DNA of 64,000 nt from an uncultured Bacteroidota bacterium (lineage in GTDB: Bacteria > Bacteroidota > Ignavibacteria > Ignavibacteriales > Ignavibacteriaceae): the NCBI GenBank assembly GCA_963740945.1, contig CAVUGE010000029.1:6066-70065 (forward strand), written 5' to 3'. A program made the translations under genes and the position numbers. Within the stretch, counting starts at the first letter, position 1. Each line of letters opens with the position of its first letter. Positions 1 through 8,976 of the stretch are shown here, one piece after another. The notes under the pieces are model-generated. The model was not told the origin of the DNA. It was given only the letters and a program-made list of their open reading frames with translations, and did no database searches.

Positions 1-248
1 ACCATCATGATATTCCATTTTATGTTGCTGCCCCTACAACTACTATTGATAAAAATATCCCCTCAGGAAAGGATATAAAAATTGAAGAAAGAAAAAGTGC
101 GGAAATAACAAAATTCAGAGAGTATAATATAGCACCGGATGACTATAAAGCTGTTACTTATGCATTTGATGTTACCCCTTCACATTTAATCACCGGGATT
201 ATTACAGAAGATCAGGTCTATTTTTTCCCTTATAATTTCATTATATAG
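1..248 (+). CDS. mtnA: S-methyl-5-thioribose-1-phosphate isomerase / eIF-2B-family protein, C-terminal fragment (5' end outside window)
   Basis: Frame open from position 3 to TAG at 246-248. It translates HHDIPFYVAAPTTTIDKNIPSGKDIKIEERKSAEITKF...FDVTPSHLITGIITEDQVYF, matching conserved C-terminal blocks of MtnA-type isomerases. Confidence 0.7.
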   Translation, partial: HHDIPFYVAAPTTTIDKNIPSGKDIKIEERKSAEITKFREYNIAPDDYKAVTYAFDVTPSHLITGIITEDQVYFFPYNFII

Positions 249-341
249 CCTCTTTATTTTAGGGTAATTAAAAACAATTTATTTTAATAATTTTTATCGC
301 ATATTTCAGTTTGGAATAATTATTAATCCTTTATATGAGCT

Positions 342-1088
342 ATGGGCGAGATAATTAAAACTGAAGCAATAGTTTTAAACAAGCTGAATTACGGAGATAC
401 AAGCAGCATTGTTACACTATTTACCAAAAGTCATGGAAAGCTTTCTGCCATAATCAAAGGAGGGCGAAGCCCAAAATCCAGGATCAGTTTTGCCGTCGAT
501 CCTTTAAATTATTTACAGGTTATTTTATATAATAAAGACAGCAGGGAGGTTCAGATATTATCGAGTGCTGATATCATTTCTCATTATTCTAAAATAAAAG
601 AAGATCTTGATAAATTAAAATACTCCTTCGCTGTACTTGAGCTTATAAAAAAACTAATACCGGAACATGAAGCAAATGAGAGATTATTTAAAGGCTTAAA
701 CAGAATTTTTTATCTATTCGAAAATTCAGAAGAAAATCCCAAAATTATATTCGGCAGATTTTTTATGTTTTTCCTAACAGAAATGGGATATGAAGTTCAA
801 ATTCAACAGTGTGTTTCTTGCGGCAAATCAAACTTAAATAACATGGATTTGTCGTATAATTTCGAATTAGGTATTTTATGCTGTGATTGCAGGAAGGATT
901 ATATAGAATCATTCCCTATTCTTTCGGAACTTTTTAATTATATATGGTGTCTAAAACAAAATAAAACGATAATGAATGAGAACGAGATGATATTTGATAA
1001 AGCAATTGAGTTTATGCACTTATATTTGAAATATCATGTTGCAGATTTCAACGGAATCAAATCTTTTCAATTATTTAACGAGGTATAG
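342..1088 (+). CDS. recO: DNA repair protein RecO
   Basis: 248 aa. N-terminal OB-fold-like block (EAIVLNKLNYGDTSSIVTLFTKSHGKLSAIIKGGRSPKSR) and a CxxC...CxxC zinc motif (CVSCGK...CCDCRK), typical RecO length. Confidence 0.85.
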   Translation: MGEIIKTEAIVLNKLNYGDTSSIVTLFTKSHGKLSAIIKGGRSPKSRISFAVDPLNYLQVILYNKDSREVQILSSADIISHYSKIKEDLDKLKYSFAVLELIKKLIPEHEANERLFKGLNRIFYLFENSEENPKIIFGRFFMFFLTEMGYEVQIQQCVSCGKSNLNNMDLSYNFELGILCCDCRKDYIESFPILSELFNYIWCLKQNKTIMNENEMIFDKAIEFMHLYLKYHVADFNGIKSFQLFNEV

Positions 1089-1153
1089 ATTAAATTTTTT
1101 ACAAATGCATTATTGCAGAAGAAAATAAATTTTTAACTATTGGAGGATATAAA

Positions 1154-2641
1154 ATGAAAAATAAAGGATTATTCGGCGCACTTGCCTTAATTGTGGTAGG
1201 TATCATATTCGGCGCCTTACTTGTTTCAGGATTCGGATTAGTCAGACCAAGCCTGGCTGATATCAATTTGGGAGCCGCTGCCCCACCTGTTAATCTGGAT
1301 GCTGATGCAACTTCTTTCAGCAAGGCATTTATTGAAGTTGCAAAGAAAGTTACCCCTGCCATTGTTCAAATAAATGTAGTTTCAGAAAATAAAGAAAATC
1401 CTCATCAGGACTTTTTCTTTTTCCCGTTTAAGGATATGCCTAAAGAAGAAAGAGGGTCCGGAAGTGGGATAATCATTTCTCCCGATGGATATATACTGAC
1501 AAATAATCATGTAGTTGAAAATGCAACTACCCTGAAAGTTGGTTTATTTGATAAAAGAGTATTTGATGCAAAAGTAGTTGGAACCGATCCGTTAACTGAT
1601 CTGGCAGTTGTAAAAATCGATGCAACCGATTTGCCAACTGCATATTTAGGAAATTCCGACAGCCTTAAAGTTGGGCAATGGGTTATGGCTATTGGAAATC
1701 CGCTTTCATTGGCATCTACGGTAACGGCAGGTATTGTGAGCGCCATGGGAAGAGGCAGGTTAGGTCTAATTACCAATAAGTATGGAGTGGAAGATTTTAT
1801 ACAAACTGATGCTGCGATAAATCCGGGCAACAGCGGAGGTGCTTTAGTCGATTTATCAGGTTCGGTGATAGGAATCAACTCTGCTATTGCTGCGGGAGGA
1901 TCAGGGACATATATCGGTTACGGATTTGCTATCCCGATTAACCTAGCAAAATCTGTTTCAAAAGATTTAATAGCTCATGGAAAAATAAGCAGAGGTTATA
2001 TAGGTGTTAGTATAGGTGATCTTGATTATACAACTGCTAAATCTTTGGGACTTGATAAACCAAATGGAGTTATTATCCAGGGCGTTTTACCTAATGGAGC
2101 TGCTGCAAATGCCGATGTTAAACAAGGTGATGTAATTCTAAAAATAGATGGTAAGGAAGTGAATCAAGCAAATGAACTTCAGAGTTTCATTGCCAGCAAA
2201 TCAGCAGGATCCACTGTTACTTTAACAATATACAGGGATGGTAAAACTATTGATCGCAAAGTAACATTGAAGCCAAGAGAAGATGAATCAAAAGCCGAAC
2301 CTGTATCTAATAAGGATAATGAGGAAAATGAATCTAAATCCGAAACTTCTTCAGCTAGTTTTGATAATCTTGGTTTAACTGCAAGAAATCTTACTTCTGA
2401 GGAAAAATCAGATTTGAAAATTGATCATGGAGTGGTTATTACGGATGTAAAGCCTTTAAGCGAAGCTGAAGACCAGCAGTTATTTAAAGGTGCTGTAATT
2501 GTTCAAGCCGATAAAAAACCGGTTAATAATGTAAGTGATCTTAAAGATATTATTAAAAACAAAGAAGGTTCTGCTGTCCTTTTGAAATTAGAATATAAAG
2601 GGAACAGCTTCTTCAAGGGAATCCAGGTACCTAATAAATAA
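1154..2641 (+). CDS. htrA: Do/HtrA-family periplasmic serine endoprotease with two PDZ-like regions
   Basis: N-terminal membrane anchor, trypsin-like blocks (TNNHVV, DLAVVKI, GNSGGALV), then two PDZ-like segments (GVIIQGVLPNGAAANADVKQGDVILKIDG; GVVITDVKPLSEAE). Confidence 0.9.
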   Translation: MKNKGLFGALALIVVGIIFGALLVSGFGLVRPSLADINLGAAAPPVNLDADATSFSKAFIEVAKKVTPAIVQINVVSENKENPHQDFFFFPFKDMPKEERGSGSGIIISPDGYILTNNHVVENATTLKVGLFDKRVFDAKVVGTDPLTDLAVVKIDATDLPTAYLGNSDSLKVGQWVMAIGNPLSLASTVTAGIVSAMGRGRLGLITNKYGVEDFIQTDAAINPGNSGGALVDLSGSVIGINSAIAAGGSGTYIGYGFAIPINLAKSVSKDLIAHGKISRGYIGVSIGDLDYTTAKSLGLDKPNGVIIQGVLPNGAAANADVKQGDVILKIDGKEVNQANELQSFIASKSAGSTVTLTIYRDGKTIDRKVTLKPREDESKAEPVSNKDNEENESKSETSSASFDNLGLTARNLTSEEKSDLKIDHGVVITDVKPLSEAEDQQLFKGAVIVQADKKPVNNVSDLKDIIKNKEGSAVLLKLEYKGNSFFKGIQVPNK

Positions 2642-2654
2642 TTTGACTGAAAGG

Positions 2655-2690
2655 ACTCATCCTGTGAAATATCGGGATGAGTTTTTTTTT
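2655..2690. terminator. Intrinsic terminator hairpin between convergent htrA and the TonB-dependent receptor
   Basis: ACTCATCC (2655-2662) pairs with GGATGAGT (2674-2681), followed by a run of nine T (2682-2690). Confidence 0.7.
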
Positions 2691-2732
2691 AAGAAATTAC
2701 AAAATTACATAATTGCAAGATTAGAAATTATT

Positions 2733-4868
2733 TCAAAAGTTTATTCCGGTTTTAAAGTAAAAATTCCTTCCTTCAGAAGGTTCAAAGAATCTATCACCGG
2801 CTGCATTCGGAACAATAGAGCCATTATATCTTTTATTGAAAATATTGTAAATACCGATATGAAAATTCAGTTCCGAAGAATCAAAAATTAAATTATAGCC
2901 CAGTATCAAATCTATTCTTAAGTAATCATTATTCATGTAATTTTCTACTGGTATGGTTGTTCCGGGCTGAGGACCATTAAAATCATTTGTAAAATATTTA
3001 TCATACCATTCCGCTTTAAGATTGATTTTCAAATCAAACGGCGTGGTATACAACATTCCGGCAGAAAAATAATTTTGGGGAATACCCGGAATATAATTCC
3101 CATTTAATTGTCTGTATTCATACAGCCCTGAGTTATTGAAGCCAATTTGATAATCCTTAAAGATAAAATGCATTTTAGTATAGGATGCAGTAACGGAAAT
3201 ATCATCTATCAGACTCCAGGAGAGTTCAATCTCCCCTCCGATATTCTCTGCTTTACCAGCATTCTTATAAAATATCTCTTCACTTCCGGATTCTTGAGAC
3301 TGATATGATATCAGCATGTTTTTAAATTTCATTACAAAAAATGCAGCTTCAAAATTAAGGCTGCCTTGAGGAAGAATTCCCCATGAGCCAAGTTCATAAC
3401 TGGTAATTTTTTCAGGAACAAGAGAGGGATTAAATCCTCCGCCTCCTTCCGGAGAGTTGCTTAATTCATTTGCAGTCGGCGTTTGAAATGAAGTGACATA
3501 GTTTGCATAAATTTTTATGTAGGGAATAGGAAGAAATATTAAACCAACCATAGGGCTGATATTATTCATTTTTCTTTTGCCGGAATTATTGCCGTCAGAT
3601 AATAAGTAATCATCTACTTTAAAAAGATAATTATCAGAGCGTAATCCTCCTTGAAGTTCTATTCTTTTATTAAACATTAAATTGGTAAAAATGAACGGGG
3701 CAGCACCCGTAACAAATTCTTTCTGATTTAAAAGGGAATTTCCGTATTGAAGATTATTAAAAATATCTTCAGCTTTGACATTAACATCAAGTAATCCATC
3801 ATTTACAAATTCTTTTCTGAGGTCATTCTGGAATTCAAAATCGAATCCCCCGGCGATATTTAAATCTGCATTAAAAAATATTCCCGGAAATTTCTTATTA
3901 AAGAAAGATCTAAACCCGCCGGCTTTTCTATTTAAATTGATTATTGTTCCTGGAATTGGATTTAGGAGAGAACGACTAATAAAATAAATAGTTGTGGTAT
4001 TTGTGAAATTATCATCAAATGTAAGGCTTAAGTTCAGCCCGTAATTACCTTCTGATGCTCTTTCTCCGGCGCCTTGACTTATAATATAAGGCCTAACATA
4101 TTCGGCTGAATTCTCAGCATCTTCTTTATTTATTGAACTTGGGCTGAGCAAATAAGGGGAGTCGAAGTAGTTTACTAAGGCTTTTATTTTTATTTTTTCC
4201 GAAATGTCATAAGATAAAATTGAATTTAATGAAACCGAACTAGCTGAAGAATGTTCTCTGAAACCGCTTGTTTTCATTTTATTCAAGCTGAAAAGATATG
4301 AAAATCGATTCAATGTTCCTGAGGTTTTAATGTTATAATTCATGTATCCATAGGAACCTGCAGTAAAGGACGGATTGAAAGTAAAAATTTCATTTGAAGG
4401 GTTTTGAGAACTTATATTTATAACCCCGCCTGCAGCATTTCCATACAGTGAAGAGGCAGGGCCATGTAAGACTTCAATATTCCCGATAGAAGAAAAATCC
4501 AGGTTATTTAATTCCGATTGACCATCGGCAAAAGTTAAAGGAATCCCATCATATAAAATTTTTATTCCTCTTACTCCAAAAGAAGCTCTGCTGCCTATTC
4601 CCCTCATAGTTATTTTATCCCCCATGGAAGGATTATTCCTGTTACTAACGAGTAAACCGGGTACCTGGCTGAGGATTTCGTCGAGTGAAAGCCCTCTAAT
4701 TTCATTAGCTATTTTAGCGCTGTCGACTAAATCAATAGTATACGGAATATTCATAATAGAATTTTCAGACCGGGCTGAGACGACAACAGGTTCAAGAGTA
4801 TAAACGGAATCATGCTCTGCATCATGCTGGTTATTCTGAGAGTAGATTATCGAATAAAAAAGAAGCAA
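2733..4868 (-). CDS. TonB-dependent receptor (outer-membrane beta-barrel with plug domain); N-terminus apparently frameshifted
   Basis: 711 aa. Plug-domain blocks (DEILSQVPGLLVS, ITMRGIG, ILYDGIPL, IEVLHGPASSLYGNAAGGVINI) and a beta-barrel ending in a terminal aromatic (FYFKTGINF). The only in-frame start is TTG with no signal peptide; a signal-peptide-like start lies out of frame at 4896 (see findings). Confidence 0.85.
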   Translation of the reverse strand: MLLFYSIIYSQNNQHDAEHDSVYTLEPVVVSARSENSIMNIPYTIDLVDSAKIANEIRGLSLDEILSQVPGLLVSNRNNPSMGDKITMRGIGSRASFGVRGIKILYDGIPLTFADGQSELNNLDFSSIGNIEVLHGPASSLYGNAAGGVINISSQNPSNEIFTFNPSFTAGSYGYMNYNIKTSGTLNRFSYLFSLNKMKTSGFREHSSASSVSLNSILSYDISEKIKIKALVNYFDSPYLLSPSSINKEDAENSAEYVRPYIISQGAGERASEGNYGLNLSLTFDDNFTNTTTIYFISRSLLNPIPGTIINLNRKAGGFRSFFNKKFPGIFFNADLNIAGGFDFEFQNDLRKEFVNDGLLDVNVKAEDIFNNLQYGNSLLNQKEFVTGAAPFIFTNLMFNKRIELQGGLRSDNYLFKVDDYLLSDGNNSGKRKMNNISPMVGLIFLPIPYIKIYANYVTSFQTPTANELSNSPEGGGGFNPSLVPEKITSYELGSWGILPQGSLNFEAAFFVMKFKNMLISYQSQESGSEEIFYKNAGKAENIGGEIELSWSLIDDISVTASYTKMHFIFKDYQIGFNNSGLYEYRQLNGNYIPGIPQNYFSAGMLYTTPFDLKINLKAEWYDKYFTNDFNGPQPGTTIPVENYMNNDYLRIDLILGYNLIFDSSELNFHIGIYNIFNKRYNGSIVPNAAGDRFFEPSEGRNFYFKTGINF

Positions 4869-4975
4869 TCAAAAGAGGAAATTTTTTGAAATACATTTAT
4901 TAAAGATACCATTATAAAAAAAATGAATATAAAACTACTAAAAGAGAAATAAATCCCAAATGATCTTGTCTATTC

Positions 4976-5848
4976 CACACCTAGCGGAGTTTGGTAGTTA
5001 GGGCTTTAATATGTTTTAATAATATTTCACTCCTAGCGGAGTTTGGTAGTTAGGGCTTTAATATGTTTTAATAATATTTCACTCCTAGCGGAGTTAGGTA
5101 GTTAGGGCTTTAATATGTTTTAATAATATTTCACTCCTAGCGGAGTTTGGTAGTTAGGGCTTTAATATGTTTTAATAATATTTCACTCCTAGCGGAGTTT
5201 GGTAGTTAGGGCTTTAATATGTTTTAATAATATTTCACTCCTAGCGGAGTTTGGTAGTTAGGGCTTTAATATGTTTTAATAATATTTCACTCCTAGCGGA
5301 GTTAGGTAGTTAGTGTTTTAATATGTTTTAATAGTATTTCACTCCTAGCGGAGTTTGGTAGGTAGGCTTTAATATGTTTTAATAATATTTCACTCCTAGC
5401 GGAGTTTGGTAGGTAGGCTTTAATATGTTTTAATAATATTTCACTCCTAGCGGAGTTAGGTAGTTAGTGTTTTAATATGTTTTAATAATATTTCACTCCT
5501 AGCGGAGTTTGGTAGGTAGGCTTTAATATGTTTTAATAATATTTCACTCCTAGCGGAGTTAGGTAGTTAGTGTTTTAATATGTTTTAATAATATTTCACT
5601 CCTAGCGGAGTTAGGTAGTTAGTGTTTTAATATGTTTTAATAATATTTCACTCCTAGCGGAGTTTGGTAGTTAGGGCTTTAATATGTATTAATAATATTT
5701 TACTCCTAGCGGAGTTTTGGTAGTTAGAGCTTAATATGTTTTAATAATATTTCACTCTTAGCGGAGTTTGGTAGGTAGGCTTTAATATGTTTTAATAATA
5801 TTCCACTCCTAGCGGAGTTAGGTAGTTAGTGTTTTAATATGTTTTAAC
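4976..5848. repeat. Tandem array, 17 units of 51-52 bp
   Basis: Units start at 4976, 5028, 5080, 5132, 5184, 5236, 5288, 5340, 5391, 5442, 5494, 5545, 5597, 5649, 5701, 5753, 5804. Consensus CACTCCTAGCGGAG-[variable ~18 nt]-AATATGTTTTAATAATATTT. Stops occur in all six frames of every unit. Confidence 0.95.
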
Positions 5849-5973
5849 TGAGAATAAATTGAATCCCGCCTCTCATTGAGGTATTACCAAATATCTCATA
5901 ACTAAATTGCAAATTAAAGTGTTGTTAATTATCTTAGTTAACAAATTAAAATCTTTTATTCAATGGGGACCAT

Positions 5974-6606
5974 ATGAAAAAAGACAGGGATTCCAATTCA
6001 ACTACTACAAAAGAGAATTCATTTACCAGGAGAAAATTTTTAAAGGGAATGGGTTCGACTGTTGCAGGCGCATATTTGATTTCACCACAGGTTGAAAGCA
6101 TTACAAAAAAAATATCAAAAAAAGCAAAGGATATTAAAGAGGGGAAGCAGGAACTATCCTTTATATTAAACGGAAAAAAAGTCAATACTTCGGTTAAACC
6201 ATCCACTACGCTGGCTAAATTATTAAGGGAAGATTTCCAGTTGACGGGAACTAAAATTGTTTGCAACCAGGGAGAGTGCGGAGGCTGTACCGTTGTTCTT
6301 GATGGTAAAGCAGTATATTCCTGCCAGATGCTTGCTTTAGATGTTGAAGGAAAAGAAGTTACTACAATAGAAGGACTCCTTACAGATGGTGAATTAAACC
6401 ATGTTCAGAAGGCATTTATTGAAAAAGACGGGCTGCAATGCGGCTTTTGTACACCTGGACAAATAATGGCTGCATATGCATTATTAAAGAAAAACCCTAA
6501 TCCTTCAAGGGAAGAAGCGGTTAAAGGGATGTATGGGAATATCTGCAGGTGTTCTGCTTATCCTAATATAATTGATTCAGTTCTGGCAGCAGCCAAATCA
6601 AAATAA
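5974..6606 (+). CDS. (2Fe-2S)-binding small subunit of a xanthine-dehydrogenase-family molybdoenzyme, with twin-arginine signal (PaoA-like)
   Basis: TAT motif TRRKFLKGMGSTVAGAY, then two 2Fe-2S cysteine clusters (CNQGECGGCTV...C; CGFCTPG...CRCSAY). Confidence 0.85.
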   Translation: MKKDRDSNSTTTKENSFTRRKFLKGMGSTVAGAYLISPQVESITKKISKKAKDIKEGKQELSFILNGKKVNTSVKPSTTLAKLLREDFQLTGTKIVCNQGECGGCTVVLDGKAVYSCQMLALDVEGKEVTTIEGLLTDGELNHVQKAFIEKDGLQCGFCTPGQIMAAYALLKKNPNPSREEAVKGMYGNICRCSAYPNIIDSVLAAAKSK

Positions 6607-6628
6607 TTTATGAAACAGTGAGGGAATT

Positions 6629-8926
6629 ATGCCCCGTAAAATAGTCAAATCAAAAATCCACTTTGAAAATAATGTAATTGAAACAATAGCAGAAGTTCCG
6701 GTTGAAAAATATGAATCTCTGCCGCCGAATGATAAGCTTAAATATATAGGTAAAGAGATTCCTAGAATTGACGGCTATGATAAAGTCAGCGGTGCACAAG
6801 GTTATACTTTTGATATAGTTTTACCCCGAATGGTAGATGCAAAAATTCTTCGGTCACCATATGCAAATGCAATAATAAAAAATATTGACACGAAAAAAGC
6901 TGAAGAGCTAGATGGGGTGTACTATATTCTAACAAACAAGAATGCACCTAAAATAGACTGGTTTCACGGGACAACATCTTTATTTGATTCCCATGTCCGT
7001 TATGAAGGAGATGAAGTAGCATGTGCTGCTGCGGATAGTGAAGATACTGCATTAAAAGCGCTTAAATTAATAAAAATTGATTATGAAGAGCTTCCTTTTG
7101 TAGTAGAGCCTGGAGAGGCAATGAAAGCCGATGCACCGAAAGTATATGATTCAGGAAATATACAGGGCGAACCGGCAAAATACGATAGGGGGGATATCGA
7201 AAAAGGTTTTCAAGAAGCGGAAGCAATAGTTGAAGATACTTTTACAACTCAAGTAGTGGTACATAACCCTACAGAAGTTCATTGTAGTGTGGCAGATTGG
7301 TCCAACGGCAAATTAACCGTTTATGATTCTACACAAGGTATATTTGAAGTTAGAGATACTGTTGCAAAATGTTTAAATATGGAAGAGAGTGATGTTAGAG
7401 TAATTAAAAAATATATGGGAGGGGGTTTTGGCAGTAAGTTAGAAGCTGGTAAATATACTATCATAGCTGCATTACTTTCAAAGAAGCTTGGCAGACCGGT
7501 TAAAATCACCCTTGATAGAAAAGAAATGAATTTGGCAGTAGGTAACAGACCCGATTCATTTCAAAAATTAAAAGGCGGAGTTAAAAAAGATGGGACATTA
7601 ACTGCTTTAAGTACTTATTCATATGGTTCGGTTGGAGCATATCCGGATGGCGCCGGTACAAGCTGGCCCTTAAGAACAATGTATAAATGTCCAAACGTTA
7701 AATCGGAAGAGTATAATGTTTTTATAAATGCAGGAAGAGCTAGAGCTTTCAGAGCTCCAGGTCATGTGCAGGGAATATTTGCCCTGGATTCTCTAATTGA
7801 TGAGTTGGCAGAAAAGATTGGAATGGATCCTCTTGATCTTAGATTAAAAAATATAGCCGAAAATGACCAGGTATTTAATGTGCCTTATACTTCAAAGCTG
7901 TTGAAAGAAGCTTATTTAAAGGGTGCTGAAGCATTTGATTGGTATAAAAACAGGAAACCGGCAGGTTCTGATAAAGGATCTATAAAAAGAGGTATGGGTA
8001 TGGCTTCACAGATATGGTGGGGAGGCGGAGGACCGCCAGCCGGAGCAATCCTTAAATTAAACAGAGATGGTTCTGCAAGAGTAATTGCAGGAACTCAGGA
8101 TCTCGGAACAGGTACTTATACATTTATTGCCATGGTTGCTGCTGAAATTTTAGAAATTCCTGTAGAGAAAATCACAGTTACTCTGGGTGATACCGGTATA
8201 GCACCGTATTGCGGAAGTAGCGGAGGTAGCACTACAGCATCATCAGTATCTCCTGCAGTGAGGGATGCTGCTGAAAAAATGAAAGAAAAATTATTATCGG
8301 CTGCTGCTGCAATCTGGGAAGTACCGCAGGGACAGCTTATTTATACTGGTGGTAAAGTATTAAACGGTAATGATAAAAGTAAGGAAATTACTATTCCTGA
8401 AATCATTAATAAATTACATGAAAGGACTTTAGTAACTGAGGGTGCCAGGGAGGAAAACCCGAAGGGATATACAACTAACACGTTTGGAGCTCAATTTGCA
8501 GAAGTCGAAGTTGATACGGATACCGGAAAAGTGAGAGTTTTAAAGGTTGTGGCTGCTCATGATATTGGAAGAGTTCTAAATAAAAAAACGCTTGAGAACC
8601 AATTTCACGGTGGCATTATGCAGGGTTTAGGTTATGCACTAATGGAAAATAGAGTAATTGATAGAAATACGGGAAAAGTATTAACTACAGATTTACATAA
8701 CTATAAAATGCCTACAATTGCAGATGTTCCAAAAATTGAAATTTATATTGTAAGTGAAGATGATAAATTATTGAGTAATACCGGAGTTAAAGGAATAGGA
8801 GAACCGTCAATTATCCCGACAGCGGGAGCTATTGCAAATGCAGTTTATAATGCGCTGGGTGTTAGGATTAAATCTTTACCTATTACACCGGATAAGATCT
8901 TGAAGGCTTTATATTTAAAAAGCTAA
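6629..8926 (+). CDS. Xanthine-dehydrogenase-family molybdopterin-binding large subunit (PaoC-like)
   Basis: 765 aa. Aldehyde oxidase/XDH blocks (IPRIDGYDKVSG, MGGGFGSKLE, GTQDLGTGTYT, GIGEPSIIPTAGAIANAV). Confidence 0.85.
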   Translation: MPRKIVKSKIHFENNVIETIAEVPVEKYESLPPNDKLKYIGKEIPRIDGYDKVSGAQGYTFDIVLPRMVDAKILRSPYANAIIKNIDTKKAEELDGVYYILTNKNAPKIDWFHGTTSLFDSHVRYEGDEVACAAADSEDTALKALKLIKIDYEELPFVVEPGEAMKADAPKVYDSGNIQGEPAKYDRGDIEKGFQEAEAIVEDTFTTQVVVHNPTEVHCSVADWSNGKLTVYDSTQGIFEVRDTVAKCLNMEESDVRVIKKYMGGGFGSKLEAGKYTIIAALLSKKLGRPVKITLDRKEMNLAVGNRPDSFQKLKGGVKKDGTLTALSTYSYGSVGAYPDGAGTSWPLRTMYKCPNVKSEEYNVFINAGRARAFRAPGHVQGIFALDSLIDELAEKIGMDPLDLRLKNIAENDQVFNVPYTSKLLKEAYLKGAEAFDWYKNRKPAGSDKGSIKRGMGMASQIWWGGGGPPAGAILKLNRDGSARVIAGTQDLGTGTYTFIAMVAAEILEIPVEKITVTLGDTGIAPYCGSSGGSTTASSVSPAVRDAAEKMKEKLLSAAAAIWEVPQGQLIYTGGKVLNGNDKSKEITIPEIINKLHERTLVTEGAREENPKGYTTNTFGAQFAEVEVDTDTGKVRVLKVVAAHDIGRVLNKKTLENQFHGGIMQGLGYALMENRVIDRNTGKVLTTDLHNYKMPTIADVPKIEIYIVSEDDKLLSNTGVKGIGEPSIIPTAGAIANAVYNALGVRIKSLPITPDKILKALYLKS

Positions 8927-8976
8927 GACTTTATAATGAATAACATATCCCATAAGAATAAAATAAGGGAATTATT

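Noticed and set aside
2643-2891. 82-aa plus-strand ORF after htrA
   Set aside because: It starts inside the htrA terminator hairpin and runs antisense through the 3' end of the TonB-dependent receptor, with no motifs. Spurious.
4976-5848. Possible CRISPR array
   Set aside because: The entire 51-52-bp period repeats, including the would-be spacer portion, which exists in only three or four alleles. There are no unique spacers and no cas genes in the window, and the unit is AT-rich with stops in all frames. It is a tandem satellite, not CRISPR.
4976-5848. Each repeat unit as a Bacteroidota-type promoter (-33 TTTG / -7 TAnnTTTG)
   Set aside because: TTTG and TATGTTTT are present, but they are separated by 16 nt rather than the roughly 19-21 nt I recall for that promoter class, and the -7 box lacks the terminal G. 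It is kept only as an untested idea under the array finding.
5907-6266. ORFs 5907-6095 (+) and 5946-6266 (-) overlapping the start of the 2Fe-2S subunit gene
   Set aside because: They are alternative-frame or antisense ORFs. The 5974-6606 frame carries a clear TAT signal and Fe-S cysteine motifs.
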